Shown here one piece after another: positions 9,111-18,014 of a DNA stretch of 64,000 nucleotides (position 1 is the first letter of the stretch; the number at the start of each line of letters is the position of its first letter). The notes beneath the pieces are model-generated. The model was not told the origin of the DNA and made no database searches. It saw only the letters and a list, made by a program, of their open reading frames with translations. Origin of the DNA: Polyangiales bacterium (GTDB taxonomy: Bacteria > Myxococcota_A > Polyangia > Polyangiales > Ga0077539); assembly GCA_044229975.1 (NCBI GenBank), contig JBGARZ010000001.1, positions 192,001-256,000 of the forward strand, read 5' to 3'. The translations under genes and the position numbers were made by a program.

Positions 9111-11081
9111 TCACTCGTTGCCGAGCTGCTGCATCACGCCGTTGAGCAGCTCCTGCAACTGCTGCGGCGAGACGTCACCGCTCGGCAATCCCGGCACCGC
9201 GGGCGTCGCGCCCGGAGCCCCGCCCGCGGGCTGCTGACCGAGACCCTGGAGCATCGGCCCGAGCATCCGCAGCGCATCCTGAACCTCCGGCGAGACCTGT
9301 CCGCCGGGGCCGCCGAGCATGTTGCCCACCATGGCGCCGAGGTCCATCTGACCGAGGTCGGCGTCGCCGTGGGACTCCTGCAACCAGTGCCTCGCCAGCG
9401 CCCGGTAGCGCGTCGCGTTGGCGCGGTCTTCGGCCACCAACGCATCCGCGAAGCCCGTCGCAGGAGCGGTGCGCCACCGCCACGTCGTCACGTACCGCTG
9501 CAACGCCCGGAAGAACACCGCGTCGCCCGCGGCGCTGCGCCACGCGTTGTAGAGGTACGGCCCCTTGCCGTAGACGAGGCCCGCGTACCCGATGGGCGTC
9601 GCGAAGGCCGACGCGGGACGGTCGACGGCGCCGTCGGGCTGACCGAGCGTGCGCATGAACTGGTAGTTCATCTTCACCTGCATGTCCGAGTCGCGGCGGG
9701 CGCGCTCGGCGCCGTAGCGGTCTTCCAGGTAGAGCGACGCCGACCACTGGGCCAGCGACTCGTCGATGAAGGGGTGCGCGCGGGAGTCGCTCCCCACCAG
9801 CCCGTGCCAGTACTGGTGCGCCACCTCGTGGGCCGTCACGAACTCCAGCATCGCGGGGACGAGCTGGTCCATCACACCGGAGGTTCCGCCGCCCAGCATC
9901 GAGAGCAGACCGCCGAGCCCGAGGCCGTCGTCACCCTGCCCCGCGCCCACCCGCGTCGGCGGCCCTGACGTCCCTCCGTAGAACATGCTCGCGACCGTCA
10001 CGAGCCCCGGAAACTCCACGCCACCCGCACCGCCCACGAGCGGCGCCTCGACCACGTCGAGGTCGACGTACGGGTACTCCCCGAAGCGTCGCTGGTAGAC
10101 CTCCAGCGCCCCCGCCGCCACGTCGAGCACCCGCTGCCCCGCCTCGCGGTGCTGCCGGTTGAACACCGAGCGCACCTCCACGTCGCCGACGCGCCGCGTG
10201 GCCACCTCCAGCGTCGCCCCCGCCATCACCGCGAAGTCGCGCACCACCGCCGCGCCGACCTCCACCCGCTGCCGCGCCGCGCCTCCCGCGACGCCCTCCA
10301 CCCGCCGCAGCACTGTTCCCGTGGAGGCGATGGTGTAGCCCGTCGGGAAGTCGATGAGCGCGTGGACGTTGGCGAGGTCATCGGAGCCGAGGTCGCCGAC
10401 TGCGCCTGCGTTGGTGCGCTCCCAGCGGTTGCCCACGCGGCGCGCGAGCACCGGGTAGAAGTTGGCGAGGCTCACGATGCCGTCGCCCACCGAGAGCAGC
10501 CCGTAGTCGCCGCCGCTGTCGCCCGCGGACATCGCGCTCATGGACTCCATGCCCTGGGCGAGCAGGTTGGTGCGACCCGCGGCGATCTCGGGGAGCGTCG
10601 CCTCGACGTCGAGGACCGCGCGAATCCGCTGACCCGGCGCGAGCGGTGTCGATGGCCGCAGCACGATGACCGATGGCGACTCGGCGCTCACCGCACACGT
10701 CGCCCCGACGCACGACCCGCGAACGAAGCGCAGCGGCGGCGTCCACGGCGACGCGGCGCCCGCGCGAGGCGCCGGGGGACGGATGGCGTTGGCGTAGAGC
10801 CGCAGCACCACCTCGCGCATCGGGGCGCGCTCGTTGTTGGTGAAGTAGAGCTCCTCGCGCAGCGTGAAGGTGCGCGTCGTGGGCTGCACCGTCAGCCTGA
10901 GGTCATAGCCGGGGAGCGCGTCGAGGGCGGTGACGCCGGACGCCGCGAGCGTCTGCCGCGCCGCCGGACGCAGCGAGGCAAGCCACGGGGTCGCGTCGTA
11001 GAAGGGCGTCGTCTGCGCCGAGGCGGAAGCGCCGCCGAGCAGCGCGATCGCCAGCACCGTCACCATCGGGAGTCGCCTCAT
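9111..11081 (-). CDS. Secreted M1-family (gluzincin) aminopeptidase
   Basis: Signal peptide; GGVEFPG exopeptidase motif; HEVAH-X18-E (DESLA); YGKG. Confidence 0.85.
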   Translation of the reverse strand: MRRLPMVTVLAIALLGGASASAQTTPFYDATPWLASLRPAARQTLAASGVTALDALPGYDLRLTVQPTTRTFTLREELYFTNNERAPMREVVLRLYANAIRPPAPRAGAASPWTPPLRFVRGSCVGATCAVSAESPSVIVLRPSTPLAPGQRIRAVLDVEATLPEIAAGRTNLLAQGMESMSAMSAGDSGGDYGLLSVGDGIVSLANFYPVLARRVGNRWERTNAGAVGDLGSDDLANVHALIDFPTGYTIASTGTVLRRVEGVAGGAARQRVEVGAAVVRDFAVMAGATLEVATRRVGDVEVRSVFNRQHREAGQRVLDVAAGALEVYQRRFGEYPYVDLDVVEAPLVGGAGGVEFPGLVTVASMFYGGTSGPPTRVGAGQGDDGLGLGGLLSMLGGGTSGVMDQLVPAMLEFVTAHEVAHQYWHGLVGSDSRAHPFIDESLAQWSASLYLEDRYGAERARRDSDMQVKMNYQFMRTLGQPDGAVDRPASAFATPIGYAGLVYGKGPYLYNAWRSAAGDAVFFRALQRYVTTWRWRTAPATGFADALVAEDRANATRYRALARHWLQESHGDADLGQMDLGAMVGNMLGGPGGQVSPEVQDALRMLGPMLQGLGQQPAGGAPGATPAVPGLPSGDVSPQQLQELLNGVMQQLGNE

Positions 11082-11104
11082 GGGCACCGATGGTAGCGCG
11101 CGGG

Positions 11105-12958
11105 TCAGTCGTCGGGGTCGTCGTCGGAGTGATGGCGGTGACGGCGGTGGGTCGAGCGGTGCGTGCTGTGGCGCCGCGAACGGTGGCGGCGGTGGTGGTC
11201 GTCGTCCTCTTCGACCGCGGCATCCATCGGGGCAGCCATGACGGCTGCGTCGGCCGCGACCGAAGCGTCGGCCGTGACCGAAGCGTCGGCCATCACCGAG
11301 ACGTCCATGGTGGTCGCGGCATCGATCACCACGGCCGCGTCGAGGGTGACCACGGCGGCGACAGGCGGAGCGACGGCGGGTGGAGCGGGTGGGGCCGCCG
11401 CGATGACCGGGCGCGGTGGCGGTGATGGCCGGAGGAGGGCGACGGCGGGCGGGTTGCGGGTGAAGGTTCCGCGCAGGAGGAGCACGAACGCGCCGCAGAC
11501 GAGGCCGCCGAAGACGAGGCCGAGGGCCACCAGAAGCGCGCCCGCGGCACGGCGGGAGCGAGGCGGCGGACGAATCGACGAGGACGAACGCAGGGGCGGG
11601 TACGACGGAGCGACGAGCTCGGGCGGGGTATACGGGACCTCGTCGGCGGGCTCGTCGATCGCGAACTCGACGGGCTCTTCCGGCGGCGGCGCTGGAGGTG
11701 GTGTCGGCGGTCCCGGACGGAAGGTCCCGCGCGGCGGAACCGAGGCGGACGCCATCACCGTCGTGGTTCGCCCCTCGTCGTCGACGGGCTGCGGCGGACG
11801 CGACGACGGCGACGGTGGGTGCGACGACGGCGGCGCGATGGAGGGCGTGTAGCGCGGCACCTCGATGCGAGCGATGCCATCGGAGGGCGTCGGGAAGCCC
11901 GGCATGAGCTCCGTCGAGGACGGCGGCATCGACGAGTGGCGGACCTCGCTCTGCGAGGGCGTGCGACGGTGGGTGCCCGTCTGCGAGCTCCAGAGGTCGG
12001 AGTCGTGGTCGTCGACACCGGGCGGCAGGGCGTTCATCAGGGCGGAGAGAAACTCCGCCGCGTGCTCGTAGCGGTCGCTCGGCCGCAGCGCGAGGGCGCG
12101 AGCAAACACGGGCTCCCACGGCCCCACATCGACGCCGCGCTCACCCGGCGTGGGGCGACGCGGGGACAGCACGTTGGCGCACATCTCCATGGCGTCGCCG
12201 CCCTCGAAGGGAATCTGCGCGGTGAGCATCTCGGACATGAGCAGCGCGAGCGCGTGCACGTCCGTCCACGGCCCCGTGCGCATCCCGCTCACCTGCTCCG
12301 GCGCGGCGTAGTCGGGAGAGAAGGCCTGCACCTGCGTGAGCGTCTGCGCGCGATCGGCCCGGCGCTCTTCGGTGCCCATCACCTTCGCGATGCCGAAGTC
12401 CAACAGCTTGAGCCGCGCGTTGCCGCGGCGGCCGGTCACGATCATCAGGTTGCCGGGCTTGATGTCGCGGTGGACGATGCCCTCCTCGTGGGCGATGCCC
12501 ACGGCCTCGATGACCGGGTACATCAGCGCGATGGTCTCGGCCGGCGTGCGCCCCGACGAGCCGGTCTCGATGCGCTGGTTGAAGTCCGCTTCGAGCGTCA
12601 CGCCCTCCAGCCACTCCAACGCCATCCACGGCGCCTTGGCCCCGCTCGGCATGATGGACGTCCCGAAATCCAGCACCCGCACGATGTGCGCGTGATCGAG
12701 CTGCGCGACGGTGCGCGCCTCCTCCGTGAAGCGCAGCAGGAACTCCTTCTGCTGCCGCTGCGTGAGGTCGCTCGGGGTCTTGAGCACCTTGATGGCGACG
12801 GGCTTCCGCAGCTCGCGGTGCTGCGCCCGGTACACCACCCCGAAGCCGCCTTGCGCGACCACGCCGACGACGTCGTAGCGAGAGTCGAGGCGCGCACCCA
12901 CCAGGCCAAACGGGTCGACCCGACCCTCGGATGTTGTTGCGGCGGGCTTCACACTCAT
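11105..12958 (-). CDS. Membrane Ser/Thr protein kinase
   Basis: GGFGVVY, VAIKVL, HRDIKPGN, DFGIAK, YAAPEQ; Pro-rich linker, TM helix, His/Arg-rich tail. Confidence 0.93.
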   Translation of the reverse strand: MSVKPAATTSEGRVDPFGLVGARLDSRYDVVGVVAQGGFGVVYRAQHRELRKPVAIKVLKTPSDLTQRQQKEFLLRFTEEARTVAQLDHAHIVRVLDFGTSIMPSGAKAPWMALEWLEGVTLEADFNQRIETGSSGRTPAETIALMYPVIEAVGIAHEEGIVHRDIKPGNLMIVTGRRGNARLKLLDFGIAKVMGTEERRADRAQTLTQVQAFSPDYAAPEQVSGMRTGPWTDVHALALLMSEMLTAQIPFEGGDAMEMCANVLSPRRPTPGERGVDVGPWEPVFARALALRPSDRYEHAAEFLSALMNALPPGVDDHDSDLWSSQTGTHRRTPSQSEVRHSSMPPSSTELMPGFPTPSDGIARIEVPRYTPSIAPPSSHPPSPSSRPPQPVDDEGRTTTVMASASVPPRGTFRPGPPTPPPAPPPEEPVEFAIDEPADEVPYTPPELVAPSYPPLRSSSSIRPPPRSRRAAGALLVALGLVFGGLVCGAFVLLLRGTFTRNPPAVALLRPSPPPRPVIAAAPPAPPAVAPPVAAVVTLDAAVVIDAATTMDVSVMADASVTADASVAADAAVMAAPMDAAVEEDDDHHRRHRSRRHSTHRSTHRRHRHHSDDDPDD

Positions 12959-13111
12959 GCGCGGGGGATGCGGCCGCGGCGACGCTAACACATCTCCCCC
13001 GGCAGATGAGCCACGCGGCGCGAGGCCACGCGCGCGACGGACGAGGTCAGCGTCCCTGGAAGGTTGCGTCGCGGACAGCGCTGGCATATCTCGCTAGAAG
13101 GAACCCCTCCC

Positions 13112-13936
13112 ATGCCCTCGTTTCTCGTCTACCGCCTGGGGCAGCCGATGCGGCGGCTGACTTTCGAGACGCCCCCGATTCGTGTCGGGCGCGACCCGGA
13201 GAACGACATCGTGATCCGCAGCGAGACGCTCTCGCGCGAGCACGCGATGTTTCTCCAGGACGAGAGCAAGCGCTGGTACGTGACCTGTGTGTCCGAGACC
13301 AACCCCATCGTGGTGGGGGGCAAGCTCGTCGCGAAGTCGGCGCCGGTCGCCGACATGAGCGAGATCCTGGTGGGCAACGAGTGCCTGATCATCTTCGTGA
13401 CCAACCCGGCCAACGCGGCGCACCTCGTCGACTCCAAGTCGACCCAGCAGGTGGTCTGCCCGCAGTGCTGGTGGACCGCGATGATGTCCATCTACAACAA
13501 CCACGCGAACTGTCCGCGCTGTGGCGGCGGCCCGCTCGCACCGGCCGAAGAGCCGCTGCCGGGCACCGAGGACGGCGCCGCCCCGCTCGACGCCAGCACC
13601 CGCATGATGAGCGGCGTCGAGCTGCGATCGTCGTACCGCATCATGCGCGAGGCCAAGCGCTCGGTGCTGCTGCGCACCGACCAGTACGGCGGGAGGAAGT
13701 TTCTCTCCGAGAGCGAGACGGTGGAGATCACCAAGGACAACCCGGACATGCCCCTCAAGGGGATGTTCGTGGGCGGCGGCTTCACGCTCGCGTGGGACGG
13801 TCAGAGCTGGACCATCGAAAACCACCTCTCGTGGCGTCGGCTCTTCGTCAACGGGCAGTCGGTCAACACGACGCAGCTCAAGATGGGCGACGTCATCGAG
13901 GTCGGCTCCAACCGCTTCCAGCTCACCTCCGAGTAG
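13112..13936 (+). CDS. FHA - zinc ribbon - FHA-like protein
   Basis: GRDPENDI..LSREHA (FHA); CPQC..CPRC; C-terminal FVNG..LKMGDVIEVG. Confidence 0.8.
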   Translation: MPSFLVYRLGQPMRRLTFETPPIRVGRDPENDIVIRSETLSREHAMFLQDESKRWYVTCVSETNPIVVGGKLVAKSAPVADMSEILVGNECLIIFVTNPANAAHLVDSKSTQQVVCPQCWWTAMMSIYNNHANCPRCGGGPLAPAEEPLPGTEDGAAPLDASTRMMSGVELRSSYRIMREAKRSVLLRTDQYGGRKFLSESETVEITKDNPDMPLKGMFVGGGFTLAWDGQSWTIENHLSWRRLFVNGQSVNTTQLKMGDVIEVGSNRFQLTSE

Positions 13937-15389
13937 CGCGCGACTCTTCGAGCAGCTCGCGCGCCGCGATGCGCAGGATGCGCGGAAGCACGAAGCGAAA
14001 CACCTCGCAGTAGGGACTCCGACCGTCGACGTGACCGTCACGGCGGTGCAGCAACAGAGGACACCCGCCGGCGCACGAGTGCTTGAAGCGACACGCGTCG
14101 CAGGTGTCGTTGGGCGATCGCTTCTGGAAGGTCGCGCCCATCACCTCGGGGGCCATCCTCAATAGCGCGGTGTCGGGTTCGAGCGCGGCTGATCCTTCGC
14201 GGTGCAAGCCCGCCTGGCAGGGTGACAGCCGACCGTCGTGGGAGACCGCGAGGGAGCGCTCGCCCGCGGCGCAGGCCCGCCCGATGGGTTGCCGCCATTG
14301 CAGGTCGCAGAAGCGGTGCGTGCGGCGAAACGACGGTCGCACGGGCATCGCGCGCTCGATGCGGTCGTAACACTCGCCGAAGACGCGCAGCACCCGCGCG
14401 AGCGCATCGCCCTCCAACATCGGGGCTTCAGCGGGACTCGGGCGTGACGCGCGACGGAGCTTCACGAGACCCGCGCCGGGGCGCCAGCCGGGGAGGCGCG
14501 CGTCGAGCAGCGCGTCGCCGCCGTCGAGGTCGCGCACGAGCGAGTAGCGGAAGCCCATCTCGCGGCCGAGGAGCCAGTCGGTGAGCGCGGGGATTCCGTC
14601 GAGGTTGTCGGCGGAGACGGTGACGAGCGCGTAGGGGCGCAGGCCCGCCGCGACGAAGGCGTCGAGGCCGCGCTGGAGGTCGTCGAAGGACCCGCCGCCG
14701 CCGAGCGCGGGGCGCATGGTGTCCTGCGCGGCGCCGACGCCGTCGATGGACACGCTCACGGAGACGTCGTGGTCGCGCATCCAGCGGGCGGCGTCGTCGG
14801 GGACGGTGGTCCCGTTGGTGAGCACGGCCGCGGTGAGCGTGGCGCCTTCGCGGGCGAGCAGCGCGCGGGTCTCTTCGAAGAAGGTTCGGATGAACCCGAA
14901 GCGCAGCAGCGGCTCTCCCCCGGCGAAGCGGAGGTGAACCGCGCGCACGCCGTCCTCGCGCACGGTGGCGAGCAGCGACGACTGGAGCGCCCGCGCGGTG
15001 TCGTCGGAGAGCGAGCGGCCGTCCTTCTCGATGTAGCAGTAGGGGCAGTCGAGGTTGCACGCGTTGGTGACGTGAACCCAGAGGTCGAGCGAGCGCGGCG
15101 CGGGCCTCGACGGCGGCGGAACCGGGAGACCGTGGCCGGTGACGAAGCCGTTGCGCGCGAGCATCGGGAGCTCTCGCGCGAGGGACTCGACGGGGCGTCC
15201 GAGCGTCGCGGCGAGGTCGCGGAGGGGACGGCCGTCGGCGAGGTCGAGCAGCGAGGCGGCGTCGCGGGAGAGCAGGGCGAGGGCGTCGCGGCCGCGCGGG
15301 TTGTGCACGAAGCGCCGACCCTCGACGATGCCCAGGTAGAGCCCCTCGGCGCGACGAACGCGGGCTTCGGCGAGATCATGGACGGACAC
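13923..15389 (-). CDS. Radical SAM/SPASM protein with putative N-terminal RRE (PqqD-like) domain
   Basis: CNLDCPYC (15036-15059), AGGEPLL, TNGT, SIDG; SPASM cysteines ACAAG..SPC..CDACRFKHSCAGGC..YC. Confidence 0.9.
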   Translation of the reverse strand: MSVHDLAEARVRRAEGLYLGIVEGRRFVHNPRGRDALALLSRDAASLLDLADGRPLRDLAATLGRPVESLARELPMLARNGFVTGHGLPVPPPSRPAPRSLDLWVHVTNACNLDCPYCYIEKDGRSLSDDTARALQSSLLATVREDGVRAVHLRFAGGEPLLRFGFIRTFFEETRALLAREGATLTAAVLTNGTTVPDDAARWMRDHDVSVSVSIDGVGAAQDTMRPALGGGGSFDDLQRGLDAFVAAGLRPYALVTVSADNLDGIPALTDWLLGREMGFRYSLVRDLDGGDALLDARLPGWRPGAGLVKLRRASRPSPAEAPMLEGDALARVLRVFGECYDRIERAMPVRPSFRRTHRFCDLQWRQPIGRACAAGERSLAVSHDGRLSPCQAGLHREGSAALEPDTALLRMAPEVMGATFQKRSPNDTCDACRFKHSCAGGCPLLLHRRDGHVDGRSPYCEVFRFVLPRILRIAARELLEESRATRR

Positions 15390-15395
15390 GCGCCG

Positions 15396-16682
15396 TCACC
15401 AGTCCGACGAGCAGTCGCTCGAACAGTCGGAGCTGCAATCGCTCGAACAGTCGCTGGAGCAGTCGGAGCTGCAATCGCTGGAGCAATCCGAGGAGGAGCA
15501 GTCCGATGAGGAGTTGCAATCCGACGACGACCAGTCGGAGTCCTTGGAGCAGTCGCTGGAGACGCAGTCCGCGCAGTCGGTCTTGGTGACGCAGTCGGAG
15601 CAGTCGGCGGAGTTCCAGTCGGAGGTGGACGACCACGCGGGGTCGCTGGCGTAGACCGAGCCGTAGTCGGCGAGGTCGATGGGCTGGTCGGAGGGCGAGC
15701 CGAAGTCGTGACCGGCGAGCGAGTCGATGCCCGCGAACTTGTCCTCCATCGAGGGGATCGCATCGAACTCGCCCACGAGCGCGCCATCGGTGCGAACGAT
15801 GTGCACCGGCATCTCCCACGACCCGTGCATGTCGTGGTGATGGTGGTGGTGCATCGCGGCGTGCACGGCCGCGTCGAGGACGATGAGGTCGACCCAGTCG
15901 GAGTACGGGTCGCGGTAATAGACGTCCCAGGGGTCGTAGTAGGCCGACGGGTACGGCGGCGCGCGAAACCGCGTGTCGGTGCGCAGCGTCGGCGCCCGCA
16001 TCGCGGCGGCGTCGCGGGCCATGGCCTGCACCGCGCGCGGCGTCGGCTGCACCACCCGCGAGACGGTCGCGTACTCCTCGACCCTCGACCCGGGCAGCGC
16101 ATACGCGAGCCCGTCGCGCGCGCGGCCGACGAGGCCCTTGAAGACGTGCTGATGCGGCTTCGCCCGGTAGGGGTCGGCGCCCATGGCGGAGACGCGCGCC
16201 CGGGTCTGCGCGAAGGTCTCGCCGGGCAGCGGGCGCAGCTCCTCGATGCGCCCGCCGAAGGCGATGACCCCGGCGGCCGTCCCTGGCTGGAAGCGCGACT
16301 GGAAGGTCGCCTCGATGAGCGAGTGCACCCCCTGCTCGTGGTGCTCGAAGATCGCCCGCACCTCGCGAAATGGCTTCGTGAACCGCTGCGGCTGGGAGCG
16401 CATCGCCTGGAGCAGCCAGTGTGCGTCGTCGGCGTTGCCGAGCTCGTCGCGCCACACCACGGCGTCGTCGAGCAGCACGGCCACGGCGTCGCGCACCCCG
16501 AAGCTGAGCAGCAGGTTGCCCACCGCCTCGACGAGGCCGAGCGCGTGCATGCCGTGTTCGAGCTGACCCGAGCGCAGGTCGTGCTTCGCGCCGAAGGCCG
16601 CCGTGCAGGACTCCCAGAACGTCGGGCTACGCATGGCCTCACGGCCTGGCAGCCACACCCAGAGTCGAGCCGTCATTCGCAT
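15396..16682 (-). CDS. Hypothetical protein with His tract and C-terminal (SSDC)n Cys/Ser/Asp tail; candidate radical SAM substrate
   Basis: 428-aa ORF whose stop is 6 bp before the rSAM start; 14 Cys in the last 68 aa versus 1 Cys elsewhere. Confidence 0.8.
   Translation of the reverse strand: MRMTARLWVWLPGREAMRSPTFWESCTAAFGAKHDLRSGQLEHGMHALGLVEAVGNLLLSFGVRDAVAVLLDDAVVWRDELGNADDAHWLLQAMRSQPQRFTKPFREVRAIFEHHEQGVHSLIEATFQSRFQPGTAAGVIAFGGRIEELRPLPGETFAQTRARVSAMGADPYRAKPHQHVFKGLVGRARDGLAYALPGSRVEEYATVSRVVQPTPRAVQAMARDAAAMRAPTLRTDTRFRAPPYPSAYYDPWDVYYRDPYSDWVDLIVLDAAVHAAMHHHHHHDMHGSWEMPVHIVRTDGALVGEFDAIPSMEDKFAGIDSLAGHDFGSPSDQPIDLADYGSVYASDPAWSSTSDWNSADCSDCVTKTDCADCVSSDCSKDSDWSSSDCNSSSDCSSSDCSSDCSSDCSSDCSSDCSSDCSSDCSSDW
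15399..15602 (-). repeat. Peptide-level repeat: Asp-Cys units ending in (CSSD)x7-W
   Basis: 12-bp period with mixed synonymous codons (TCG/AGC/TCC/TCA, TGC/TGT, GAC/GAT). Confidence 0.9.
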
Positions 16683-16724
16683 GGTGGAGTGGTCGCCATC
16701 GCACCACGCGAGGGGGTGGCGGCG

Positions 16725-17933
16725 TCAAGCCGATCGGAGCACGAGGAGCGCGATCTCGGGTGCCATGCCGACGCGGGTCGGGACGCCGGTGGTGCCGACC
16801 CCCCGGCTCACGAAGAGGGCCGAGCCACGCGCGCGGAAGAGCCCGGCGGAGAAGCGCGACGCGAGGCGCCCGAGGTTGAGCTTCGGCCCTCCCCCCGGCA
16901 GTCCAAACTGTCCGCCGTGGGTGTGCCCGCTGAGGGTGAGCGCCACGCCGCGCGCCGCGATGTCGGGCCAGCTCGCCGGATCATGCGCGAGCATCACCAC
17001 CGTCGCGTCGGCCGGAACCCGGTCGAGCGCGAGCGCGACGTCGTCCTTGTGGGTCCAGCGATCGTCGATGCCCGCGAGGTGGATCACACCGTCGCCGTGG
17101 CGCAGCGGTGTCGAGCGGTTGCGCAGCAGCGTGGCGCCCCCCGCGTCGAGCGCGCGGATGACCCCATCCTCGGTCTGGAAGTAGTCGTGGTTGCCCATGC
17201 ACGCGAAGACCCCGTCGGGCGCTTCGAGGCCGCGCACGAAGGCCGTCACGTCATCGAGGTACCCTTCGCCCGTGGTGATGAGGTCGCCCGTGAGCGCGAT
17301 GAGGTCGGGCCGCAACGAGCGGGCGCGCCGGGCCCACCCCAGAAACATCCACGCCGGAACGTGCGGCCCGCAGTGCACGTCGCTGAGCTGCACGATGCGG
17401 TAGCCGTCGAAGTCCCTGGGCAGATCGCGGATCTTCACCTCGACCTCGGTGACGCGCGCCCAGGCGCGGCCGAGGGTGCTGCCCCAGAGCGTGAGCAGCC
17501 CCGCCACGGCGTAGAGCGGCCCGAGCCACGGCACCACCGCCGGAACGGGCGCCCCCCCCAACGACAGCGCCGCGCGAGCGATGAGGAAGAGCCACGCCAG
17601 CGGCGCCGCTAGGAAGCACGCGCTCGCGTACACCGCGTACGGAACCTCCAGCAGCCAGGCCCGCCACCACGGCATGCGGACGTCGTCGATCCACCAGGAG
17701 AGGCGATGCAGGAGGATGGTGACCGCCGCGACGTGGAGGCCCAGCGACGCGAGGGCGCAGACCATCCACGACCAGCCAGTGGTGTCGTGGAGCGCGGCCG
17801 CGAGCAGCACGGCCGCCGGGAGTTGCATCGAGCCCACCGCCCCGAGCGATCGGGCGAGAAACCTCCGCCTCCAGGCGTTGAGGGGCGGGCGACGTCGCGC
17901 GGTGCTGGGGGCGGTCACGGCGCCCTCTGGCAT
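16725..17933 (-). CDS. Membrane-anchored calcineurin-like metallophosphoesterase (YkuE-like)
   Basis: N-terminal TM helices; SDVH, TGDL, GNHD, AHDP, GHTHGGQ, VSRGVG. Confidence 0.88.
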   Translation of the reverse strand: MPEGAVTAPSTARRRPPLNAWRRRFLARSLGAVGSMQLPAAVLLAAALHDTTGWSWMVCALASLGLHVAAVTILLHRLSWWIDDVRMPWWRAWLLEVPYAVYASACFLAAPLAWLFLIARAALSLGGAPVPAVVPWLGPLYAVAGLLTLWGSTLGRAWARVTEVEVKIRDLPRDFDGYRIVQLSDVHCGPHVPAWMFLGWARRARSLRPDLIALTGDLITTGEGYLDDVTAFVRGLEAPDGVFACMGNHDYFQTEDGVIRALDAGGATLLRNRSTPLRHGDGVIHLAGIDDRWTHKDDVALALDRVPADATVVMLAHDPASWPDIAARGVALTLSGHTHGGQFGLPGGGPKLNLGRLASRFSAGLFRARGSALFVSRGVGTTGVPTRVGMAPEIALLVLRSA

Positions 17934-18014
17934 CGCACGCAGAGCGGCGGCCGGGCAACCCGCGGCTTGCGCGGCGACGGCTGCATCGCGTAGAGCCGCG
18001 CGGGAGGTCACCCG

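Noticed and set aside
9111..12119. Apparent N-terminal fusions in ORF-track calls (also 16725-20180, 25490-29089, 7170-9107, 28432-30990)
   Set aside because: The extensions overlap other real genes in shadow frames; better starts with signal peptides or stop/start overlaps lie downstream
13923..15389. Anaerobic sulfatase maturase or second PqqE assignment for the rSAM
   Set aside because: No sulfatase is nearby, PqqE signature motifs are absent, and the extra N-terminal domain plus Cys-rich neighbour fit a peptide or protein maturase better; not formally excluded
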